From assembly GCF_900564155.1 (NCBI RefSeq), contig NZ_LS999839.1, forward strand, positions 585,097-617,096: DNA of 32,000 bases, written 5' to 3'. This document shows, one piece after another, positions 17,264 to 24,961 of this stretch. The stretch's first letter is position 1; each line of letters starts with the position of its first letter. The notes under the pieces are model-generated. The model was not told where the DNA came from. It searched no databases and saw nothing but the letters and a program-made list of their open reading frames with translations. The position numbers and the translations under genes are program-made. The DNA comes from Pedobacter schmidteae (lineage in GTDB: Bacteria > Bacteroidota > Bacteroidia > Sphingobacteriales > Sphingobacteriaceae).

Positions 17264-17271
17264 CAATAATA
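17264..17271 (-). promoter_or_regulatory. Candidate -7 promoter box TATTATTG upstream of the second ECF sigma gene
   Basis: The minus strand reads ACTTATTATTGCATTTGG. The box ends 33 nt upstream of the ATG at 17230, the same spacing as at 6449-6456. Confidence 0.3.
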
Positions 17272-17357
17272 AGTATTCTATTTGTAAGGAGGACTTTAGC
17301 TTGTTAAAAAAACTAAAACACAGCTAAAAACAAAAAGAGTTTGTATCATAAAAGCGA

Positions 17358-17388
17358 TCGTCATCCTGAAATAAATTCAGGATGACGA
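17358..17388 (-). terminator. Intrinsic terminator of the GH2/GH63-like/kinase-lyase operon
   Basis: A perfect 13-bp stem: TCGTCATCCTGAA (17358-17370) pairs with TTCAGGATGACGA (17376-17388), with a 5-nt loop. It starts 12 nt after the TGA stop at 17401-17403. On the minus strand it is followed by TCGCTTTTATGAT. Confidence 0.65.
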
Positions 17389-17400
17389 ATAGTACAAACA

Positions 17401-19704
17401 TCAACTCCTTGCCCCAAGGACCTGGTCCAGATTGTACAGGAATTCATCGGCATTTGTTTTATTGAACAGCATCGGCGGCTTAATTTTTAAAACATTATGC
17501 AATGGCCCGTCGGTACTCAGTAAAAACCCCCGGTTCCTCATTTCTTCTACAATCTCATCTATTTCCGGTACCGCAGGCTCCAATGTTTCCCGATTTCTAA
17601 CCAATTCGGCCCCTACAAATAGGCCCTTACCTCGTACATCACCTATAATTGGATATTTTTCCATCAGGTCCTCCAATCCCTTCAAAAGGTAATTACCAGT
17701 TTCTAATGCCCTCTGTTGCAAGTCCTCCTCTTGAATTACCTGCATTACCGCAATTCCTGTCTCCATAGACACCGGATTTCCACCATAAGTATTAAAATAC
17801 TCCATTCCATTGTTAAAAGCTGCAGCAAGCTCCTCGGTTAAAACTACCGCAGCAAGCGGATGTCCATTCCCAATTGGCTTACCCAACACCACTATGTCCG
17901 GCTCCACGCCCTGCAATTCAAAACCCCAGAATTTTTCGCCCACCCGACCAAAGCCAACTTGCACCTCATCGGCAATGCACAAACCGCCGGCAGCCCTTAC
18001 ATGACGATATACTTCTTTCAGATAACCCTCGGGCAAAGGAATCTGTCCACCAACGCCCAACAACGTCTCACAGATAAAAGCAGCTATTCCGGTTTCTTTG
18101 GCCGCCAGCGTTTTAATGATTTCTGCTATATCCAAAGCGTATTTTGCTCCTGCTTCTTTGTCTCCATAACGATAAGTTCCTCTGTACAGATCGGGGTTCA
18201 TACCTTTATGAATATAAGGTTGTTGTCCGGTGCCACCCTTACCATCAAATTTATAGGGACTTAGCTCCATAGCTACTGTAGACGTACCGTGGTATGCATG
18301 ATCCAATACAATAACGTCCTTTTGTTTGGTAAAATGCCTGCTGATCCTGATAGCCAGGTCATTTGCCTCGCTGCCTGAATTACAGAAATAACAAACCTTT
18401 AACTTAGGCGGCAAACTTGAGGTGATCATTCTGGCATAACTAACCAGGCTGTCGTGCAGGTATCGGGTATTGGTATTGAGCTTTGCCAATTGCTTTTGCA
18501 TGGCTTTGACCACCACCGGGTGGCAATGTCCCACATGGCTTACGTTATTTACGCAGTCGATATAAGTATCACCTTTATCATCGTACAGGTATTGCAGGGC
18601 ACCTCTGCCAATTTTTAAATTCTTTTTATAGCTGATACTCAGGTTAGCTCCCACCACCTGTTTTCTTTCTTGTTTCAGGTCCTCATCGGCTGTTTCCGTC
18701 CCAAGTACCGGCGCATAACCACAACATATATTAAATCTATTTTGTGCCTGAAGCGGATTGATACGGATCCACTGGTACAAAAGTGTCCAGGCGTCGGCTT
18801 CCGAAATAAAGTGATGCGCATTATTGCTCTTACTCCTTTGCAGAGCAGAGGTGGTTACACTCATACACAAGCGGGCCGCGATAAGGTAATAGAGTACCGA
18901 AAGTTCGGTCTCTGCCAACGGATAAACCTGGTGATAGCTACGCAGTAATAACTCTGCAACAACCAATGGATCTGATCTTTTAAACAAGGCATAAGTACAA
19001 GCGACAGCTACATTATTGATCAGCTGACTTTCTACCATATCACCAAAATCAATGATTCCACTCAATAGCCCATTCGTGATCAGCACATTATAGTCGTTTG
19101 CGTCATTATGGATCACCGCTTTGCGCAGGTGTGGTAACAATGGCACAACCTCCATTTCGTACTGCAGCAGAAAATAAGCGACCATCGTTCTTTTTTCATG
19201 ATCTTTGATATGATGCAGATGCTGGCGACAATGCATAACCTGCGCCAGGTCCCACTCGATAAAACGATAAGTTGCAGGATGAGCAAAATCTTCCATCTGC
19301 AAATCCATACGGGCCAATCCCGCGCCCAGACTTTCAAATACAGTATCCGGACCTACTTTCAAATCTCCCAGAAAAGTCCCCTCCAGGTAGGATAACACTC
19401 TTAAGTACAAAGTTTTTCCATCCAGATCAAGTATTGTTTGTCCATCACCTTCCGCATTGAGATACACATCCTGTATCGGGATACTTTTGTCTTTCCGTTT
19501 TAAATGCTCCATCGCCTTAAGCTGGGCATCCAGGAAATAAGGATCGGCAGGATCGACGCTCACTTTAGCGATAAACTTGTTGCCTGTGTTATCCTGAAGC
19601 AAAAAATTCTGATCTTCATACCCTTGTATTTTATCAATTCGGGTCAATTCAAGATCGTAATATTGCTGGAGCAGTTCTTTAATATATTGTTCGGAAAGTA
19701 TCAT
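17401..19704 (-). CDS. Bifunctional fusion: N-terminal hydroxylysine-kinase-like APH-fold kinase plus C-terminal AGXT2L-type phospho-lyase (class-III aminotransferase fold, PLP-dependent)
   Basis: 767 aa with no signal peptide. N-terminal half: ..GYEDQNFLL.., catalytic loop [13 protein letters not shown], metal-binding IIDFGDM. These match my recollection of human HYKK/AGPHD1 (YDDQNF, INHGDLNDHNILI, ILDFGDM). C-terminal half: [86 protein letters not shown]. These match remembered ETNPPL/PHYKPL (AGXT2L1/2) blocks almost block for block. Confidence 0.85.
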   Translation of the reverse strand: MILSEQYIKELLQQYYDLELTRIDKIQGYEDQNFLLQDNTGNKFIAKVSVDPADPYFLDAQLKAMEHLKRKDKSIPIQDVYLNAEGDGQTILDLDGKTLYLRVLSYLEGTFLGDLKVGPDTVFESLGAGLARMDLQMEDFAHPATYRFIEWDLAQVMHCRQHLHHIKDHEKRTMVAYFLLQYEMEVVPLLPHLRKAVIHNDANDYNVLITNGLLSGIIDFGDMVESQLINNVAVACTYALFKRSDPLVVAELLLRSYHQVYPLAETELSVLYYLIAARLCMSVTTSALQRSKSNNAHHFISEADAWTLLYQWIRINPLQAQNRFNICCGYAPVLGTETADEDLKQERKQVVGANLSISYKKNLKIGRGALQYLYDDKGDTYIDCVNNVSHVGHCHPVVVKAMQKQLAKLNTNTRYLHDSLVSYARMITSSLPPKLKVCYFCNSGSEANDLAIRISRHFTKQKDVIVLDHAYHGTSTVAMELSPYKFDGKGGTGQQPYIHKGMNPDLYRGTYRYGDKEAGAKYALDIAEIIKTLAAKETGIAAFICETLLGVGGQIPLPEGYLKEVYRHVRAAGGLCIADEVQVGFGRVGEKFWGFELQGVEPDIVVLGKPIGNGHPLAAVVLTEELAAAFNNGMEYFNTYGGNPVSMETGIAVMQVIQEEDLQQRALETGNYLLKGLEDLMEKYPIIGDVRGKGLFVGAELVRNRETLEPAVPEIDEIVEEMRNRGFLLSTDGPLHNVLKIKPPMLFNKTNADEFLYNLDQVLGARS

Positions 19705-19706
19705 AT

Positions 19707-21662
19707 CTAATTTTCTTTTAACAGCATTAACAAATGAGCAGCAGACCAGCTGAAATTTCTGGCATTTAACCCCTTACCGCTAATCGGGTGATAATTTTCA
19801 CGGATCGGTCCATCTGCTGACAGTCCTTCCGCATTTTGCAATAGCTTTTCTAAAAAATAACCGGCCTCTTTATGATAGCCATATTGATGCAGGCCATTTA
19901 GACCGAAATATACCTGATCCAACCAAACGGGGCCTCTCCAATAACCTTTCAAGGGGTCGAATTTCCCATTATCGGCTGCAAGCGTCGGCAAAGGCACACT
20001 GGTGTTAAACTTAGCCTTATTTTGCATAATCCGCAACACCTGTTCAGCCTTTTTAGTATCCGGTAAACCGGCCCATAGTGGAATCCAACCTTCGGGACCT
20101 TCGGCAGCAATCCACTGTCCATCCATCAAACGGTCATAATAAAATCCCCGCTCTATATGATAAAAAGCAGTATCAATCTGCTTTTTTAACGGCAACAGTT
20201 GTTTACGCCAATGCTTTGCCTCTTCGGGTAAGCTGAGCGCATCGGCAATTTTAGCCAGATATTCCTTTTCAGCGTACAAATAGGCATTCAGATCCACCGA
20301 TTCCTGATTGAGTGACCAGGCTTTGTCATTATTTTTAAGCAATAAGGCATGATCAAAACGTACTGCATTGTCCATCCCACTTTCCCAGGCGGCAGCAATC
20401 CTGGTTCCATCTGTTGCACCGTATTCACATAGTCCATTTTTATTATGATCCCGATTGGTATACCACCAATGGTGATACCGCTTCAGTTTTGGATAAATAT
20501 TTTTCAGAAAGGCCAAACCTGGTGACTGCTCATGAACCTTCCAGACTGCCCATGCGGCCAGCGGTGGCTTGGTATCTCTCCAGTTGTTTTCCTTTTTATC
20601 GGCATAAACGCAATCGGCCACCATTCCTTGTTCATCCTGATAATCAAACATAGAAAGGATATTACTTTTGGCCAGCTCCGGATGAAAATAAGCTAAGCCA
20701 ACAGCCTGTTTCCAGCTATCCCAACTCCAAAAACCATAAAAACCCTGGTAGTTCAGCGAAGGGAACACCCCATCGTGCAACAGGTCTTTTGCTTTACTGC
20801 GCCAATTGCTGACCAGGGTAACTATTGATTTTACGGCAATCCTTTTCTGTGCTGGGTCTTTTAACCGATTTCCCGGAGCATTAAAATAACCGTTCAAATA
20901 GTCATTCCATCTCCGTTTATTGGCACTAAGCAAAGTTTGAAAATCAGCATCTTTAAATCCTCCTATCAACTTTGCCTGTTCAAGGTCATACCGCTCATTA
21001 CGGGCTATAAAGAAACTTTTCCCCGGGGCTAAGGTTATCCCTTCATGTTTTGCACTATAGCTGTTTTTTCCGAATTCAAAGGTCAATGGAGCGGTTGGCG
21101 GAAAAGCCAGCTGGAAACGATGCCATCCCTTAAAATTAAGGCTAACCCCATTACCTTGCTTTTTTAGTTCGCTCTCTTTTAACAACGTCAAACCCGACCA
21201 CTCCAATTGCAGTTTCTTTGATATTGAAGAAAGATTCCTGATCCTGGTACCAATCATGGCTTCGCGATTAGAAGTAAAAATCAACTGTAAACTAATTTTC
21301 AAACCATCCACCAACAACTCCTGGCTCAGCAAGCCCGGATAGTAATGAATCTCGGCTTTAGCCTGGTTTAGCATTACCGACTTACCATCCACCTTTATGG
21401 TTAATTTGGCCATGGTATTGGCCAACCAGCTACCGCTCATATCCATTACCATCGGCCCAATAAAGGTCCCAAAATCTTCGGGAACAACCGGAAGCGTATA
21501 AGCATGCCAGGCGCCCATATCTGAAAAGACGTTGGCTTCAATTAACGAAGGATCGTGTACATGATGGCCTAATCTCAAAACGTCGGGAAACTGCTCCCTT
21601 GAACTTTGTGCAAAAGCAGTACCCAGTGTAAAACCAAGTATGCATAATAAATAGTACTTCAT
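19707..21662 (-). CDS. Periplasmic (alpha/alpha)6-barrel glycoside hydrolase, GH63-like (YgjK / MGH1-like alpha-glucosidase clan; GH37/GH65 relatives not excluded)
   Basis: 651 aa with a signal peptide (MKYYLLCILGFTLGTAFAQ). A beta-sandwich N-domain precedes FWSWDSWKQA, AWESGMDNAVRFD, YWRGPVWLDQVYF and a C-terminal ENYHPISG..NFSWSAAHLL. These are clan GH-G-type motifs as I remember them from GH63/GH37 enzymes. Its start codon is 1 nt after the GH2 stop. Confidence 0.65.
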   Translation of the reverse strand: MKYYLLCILGFTLGTAFAQSSREQFPDVLRLGHHVHDPSLIEANVFSDMGAWHAYTLPVVPEDFGTFIGPMVMDMSGSWLANTMAKLTIKVDGKSVMLNQAKAEIHYYPGLLSQELLVDGLKISLQLIFTSNREAMIGTRIRNLSSISKKLQLEWSGLTLLKESELKKQGNGVSLNFKGWHRFQLAFPPTAPLTFEFGKNSYSAKHEGITLAPGKSFFIARNERYDLEQAKLIGGFKDADFQTLLSANKRRWNDYLNGYFNAPGNRLKDPAQKRIAVKSIVTLVSNWRSKAKDLLHDGVFPSLNYQGFYGFWSWDSWKQAVGLAYFHPELAKSNILSMFDYQDEQGMVADCVYADKKENNWRDTKPPLAAWAVWKVHEQSPGLAFLKNIYPKLKRYHHWWYTNRDHNKNGLCEYGATDGTRIAAAWESGMDNAVRFDHALLLKNNDKAWSLNQESVDLNAYLYAEKEYLAKIADALSLPEEAKHWRKQLLPLKKQIDTAFYHIERGFYYDRLMDGQWIAAEGPEGWIPLWAGLPDTKKAEQVLRIMQNKAKFNTSVPLPTLAADNGKFDPLKGYWRGPVWLDQVYFGLNGLHQYGYHKEAGYFLEKLLQNAEGLSADGPIRENYHPISGKGLNARNFSWSAAHLLMLLKEN

Positions 21663-21663
21663 C

Positions 21664-24600
21664 CTAATCCTTTGCTCTTTCTGTTAAAATTTGTTGCTTA
21701 AATACCGGCCTCAACGTAAAAGAATAATGGTAATCCTGATAAGGCAGACGGTATTGCGGATGTGTTTGGGCACCCCAACTGTTGTCGCCCCCCACACCCA
21801 TCTGCTGATGATCTATGTTCCACCAGATCAGGTCTTCGTTCACCATCGACCCGCCGTGAATGTTTTCTTTGGCATCCTTATCAAAATCAAGATGTTTCAT
21901 ATCAAAGTGCAATATTCCCGTACTCAATTCCTGCTTACCGAAAGCCATTAATCCTGCACCGCTAGCATTCCTTAATGCCACCCAACGGATGCCAGTACGA
22001 TACCCACTTTCCTGTGCCCGTGGATAGGGATAAAAAAGTGCATCAGCTTTCATATGGTACAGATCAATGTCCGCAGCATAATTCCGGTCGATATAATTAT
22101 CAAATGGCCCACGACCTAGCCAGCTTGCCTGTTCATATTCCGGATTTAAGATCATGCGCATCCCAATCCGTTGTGGCTCCGGATAGTTACCTTTACCGGT
22201 TTTGAGCAGATAATCGACCGTCACATCTCCGTTCCCTTTTATCAGATAAGTCAGGATACAGTTAGCATCAACTATTGGTAATTGATAATTTGCTTCCAAC
22301 ACATAGCCCTCGGATGTTTGACGGTGTGTAAACGATTGGAGCACTGCTGTCTGAAAGGCATGTTGCCAAACCTTGCTTCTGATCTGCAAACTATTGCCAA
22401 TATCATTATCTGTAGCCGCACGCCAGAAATGAGGCTCTAATGCTTTTTGAATCAACTCCTTCCCTGAAATCCGATAACTTTCCAATAAACCTGTTTTCTG
22501 GTTAAATCCAACAACAAAGTCTTTCCCAAAAAATTGAAGTGCAACCTCCCCGGCTTTCAGGGTTAGTTCGGGCAGCTTTAATGCCATTTTTTTGGCGGTA
22601 GGGATTGATGGAAAACTAAACTGCTCTCTGGCAATAACAAAACCTGCAGGTAATAAGCCAGATGCAGTTCGGGTGCGGAATTCCAGATTAATGAAATATT
22701 CCACGTCAGGTTTCCGGACAAAGGGGGGGACATTTAACTGGATTTCCTTTTCTTCCTGAGGCAACAAAGCAAAATCAGCTACCTGTCCAGTCACTATTAC
22801 CTCTCCATCTGCTTTTATAGACCAGCTCAACTGATAATCAGACAGATCTGTAAAATCAAAACGGTTTTTCAGTTTAAAAATATACTTTTCGGCATCTTTA
22901 AGTTCAAAGGCAACATTCTGATACACTTTTTGCAGTTCATAAGCCTGGGGATGAAAACTTCTGTCGGCCGACAAAAGGCCGTCGGCGCAGAAACTGGTAT
23001 CACTGGTCTGGCCTACTGTTCCCATATCCCTACCAAATCCCCATATGTTATTTCCCTTTTTGTCTTTCAGGGCAAAGGTCTGATCAGAAAAATCCCAGAT
23101 AAAACCGCCTTGTAATTGTGGGTATTTATAAATCAGGTCCCAATCGTCCTTTAGATTTCCTCCACTATTGCCCATCATATGTGCATATTCGCACTGGATA
23201 AGTGGTCTGCTACGCCAGGTTTTCACATAGTTTTCCATTACGGTAATGGACTTATACATGGGACAATAGATATCCGAATAACGTTCATCCTTTGCCGCTT
23301 CATATTGAACCGGACGGCTATCGTCATTTGCTTTTAGCCAACTATAACAATCTTTTAGATTTTGCCCAAACCCGCTTTCATTTCCTGTAGACCAGGTTAT
23401 GATACAGGTAAAGTTCTTGTCGCGTTCCCACATGCGCTGCACCCTGTCCAGATAAGCATTTTTCCACAATGGTTTGTCGGACAACGTTTGTAATGGCGTA
23501 AAACTCATGCCGTCACATTCTATATTGGCTTCATCTATGACATACAAACCATATTTATCGCAAAGCGAGTACCAGTGCTCGGCATTGGGGTAATGACTGG
23601 TGCGAACCGCATTGATATTCAGCTCTTTCATCAACCGGATGTCGCGTAGCATATCAGCCTCAGTGATCACCTTGGCGGTAGTCATGTTGTGTTCATGCCG
23701 GTTCACCCCCTTGATTTTGATCGGTACACCATTGACCAGAAACAGCCCGTTCTTCACCTCAACGGTTCTGAAACCCATGGGGTGTACAATGCTTTCAATA
23801 GCCTTCCCTTTTTGGTTAAGATGCACGATTTTAAGCGTATAAAGATTTGGGTGTTCGGCATCCCAGGCTTTTACATGTTCAATAGTATGCTGGAAATTAA
23901 ATACTTTACTTAGTTTAATCGGCTGCTTGTCCTGATATACCAGGTTACCTGATCCATCCCTCAATTCTACTTTTAAAGATCCCGATTCTGTTTTTGCAGG
24001 AATTTTATTGAATTCAACTTTCAATGCCAATAATCCGTTTTTAAACTGGGTATCCAGGGTACTTTTCACCTTAAAATCAAACAGATGAAAGTTTGGTCTG
24101 GCGATGAGGTATACACTTCTTTCAATTCCGCTTAACTTCCACATGTCCTGCCCCTCCAGATAAGTTGCATCACTAAACCGAAATACCTGTAGCGAAACTG
24201 TGTTTTTACCCGGTCTCAGTACTTTTGTCAAATCAAATTCTGTGGGTGTTTTACTGTCCTTGCTAAAGCCCAGATACTGTCCGTTAACCCACAAGTAGAA
24301 AAAAGAGTTGACTGCCCCCAGGTGAATAAACACCTGTTTACCTTTCCAGGCGGGATCGAACATAAAATCACGCTGATAAGAACCTACAGGGTTATAATCT
24401 TTGGGCACAAAAGGTGGATTGGCCGGAATAGGATACTCTACGTCGGTAAATATGTATTTATCCTTTCCTTCGGTCTGCCAGTTGGCGGGTACCTTAATTT
24501 GCCCCCAGCTTTTGGTCTGATCCATTTTTTTAAAAAAATCAGTCGGCCGCAGCGTAGGATTCTGAACAATTTTAAACCGCCACAGCCCATCCAGTGAAAG

Positions 24601-24756
24601 TTTAGCGGACTCTTCCGGAATAAAATAGGCATGTGCAGGAATGGTGTTGAGCGAAGGCTTTTCGGGATTTTCCCAATCATTTTTCTGAGCAGAAACCAGT
24701 ATAGGCACAAAAAGGAGCGCACTAAAAATAGATTTTAGAGTTCTATAAAAATTCAT
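21664..24756 (-). CDS. lacZ: GH2 LacZ-type beta-galactosidase (periplasmic)
   Basis: 1030 aa with a signal peptide (..LFVPILVSAQ). It carries VNRHEH, the acid/base block ITWSTGNESG and the nucleophile block IQCEYAHMMGNSGGN. These correspond to LacZ WSLGNESG (E461) and ILCEYAHAMGNS (E537). The C-terminal Bgal_small_N-like region includes ..HFWRAATDNDIG... Confidence 0.9.
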   Translation of the reverse strand: MNFYRTLKSIFSALLFVPILVSAQKNDWENPEKPSLNTIPAHAYFIPEESAKLSLDGLWRFKIVQNPTLRPTDFFKKMDQTKSWGQIKVPANWQTEGKDKYIFTDVEYPIPANPPFVPKDYNPVGSYQRDFMFDPAWKGKQVFIHLGAVNSFFYLWVNGQYLGFSKDSKTPTEFDLTKVLRPGKNTVSLQVFRFSDATYLEGQDMWKLSGIERSVYLIARPNFHLFDFKVKSTLDTQFKNGLLALKVEFNKIPAKTESGSLKVELRDGSGNLVYQDKQPIKLSKVFNFQHTIEHVKAWDAEHPNLYTLKIVHLNQKGKAIESIVHPMGFRTVEVKNGLFLVNGVPIKIKGVNRHEHNMTTAKVITEADMLRDIRLMKELNINAVRTSHYPNAEHWYSLCDKYGLYVIDEANIECDGMSFTPLQTLSDKPLWKNAYLDRVQRMWERDKNFTCIITWSTGNESGFGQNLKDCYSWLKANDDSRPVQYEAAKDERYSDIYCPMYKSITVMENYVKTWRSRPLIQCEYAHMMGNSGGNLKDDWDLIYKYPQLQGGFIWDFSDQTFALKDKKGNNIWGFGRDMGTVGQTSDTSFCADGLLSADRSFHPQAYELQKVYQNVAFELKDAEKYIFKLKNRFDFTDLSDYQLSWSIKADGEVIVTGQVADFALLPQEEKEIQLNVPPFVRKPDVEYFINLEFRTRTASGLLPAGFVIAREQFSFPSIPTAKKMALKLPELTLKAGEVALQFFGKDFVVGFNQKTGLLESYRISGKELIQKALEPHFWRAATDNDIGNSLQIRSKVWQHAFQTAVLQSFTHRQTSEGYVLEANYQLPIVDANCILTYLIKGNGDVTVDYLLKTGKGNYPEPQRIGMRMILNPEYEQASWLGRGPFDNYIDRNYAADIDLYHMKADALFYPYPRAQESGYRTGIRWVALRNASGAGLMAFGKQELSTGILHFDMKHLDFDKDAKENIHGGSMVNEDLIWWNIDHQQMGVGGDNSWGAQTHPQYRLPYQDYHYSFTLRPVFKQQILTERAKD

Positions 24757-24776
24757 CGAAAGACTTAAGATTTATA

Positions 24777-24915
24777 CGTTAGGCCATGCTGGATTTATTT
24801 CAACACCCCGCAAGAGAAAACAAACCTTGCAGGTGTACGATGCTAAAATAAACTGCGTAGCATTCTTGAAGACAAGAATCAATAGTACTACTGAAAAATT
24901 CAGCATGGCCTAACG
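24777..24915. repeat. 139-bp structured inverted-repeat element (20-bp closing stem enclosing three hairpins) in the susD-lacZ spacer
   Basis: CGTTAGGCCATGCTG (24777-24791) is the perfect reverse complement of CAGCATGGCCTAACG (24901-24915). The stem continues through G24792-T24900 (G-U on the plus-strand RNA only) plus 4 more pairs (24793-24796 with 24896-24899). Internal hairpins lie at 24803-24836, 24840-24863 and 24862-24879 (ATTCTTG aaga CAAGAAT). Confidence 0.5.
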
Positions 24916-24926
24916 GTTTAAATTGC

Positions 24927-24945
24927 GCAAGGGAACATCCCTTGC
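24927..24945. other. GC-rich 8-bp hairpin between susD stop and the 139-bp element (terminator/attenuator-like; strand ambiguous)
   Basis: GCAAGGGA aca TCCCTTGC. On the plus strand it is followed by TTGATTTGGTATTTAATT, which is T-rich. On the minus strand it is followed by GCAATTTAAACC, which is weakly T-rich. It lies 16 nt downstream of the susD stop on the minus strand. Confidence 0.3.
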
Positions 24946-24961
24946 TTGATTTGGTATTTAA

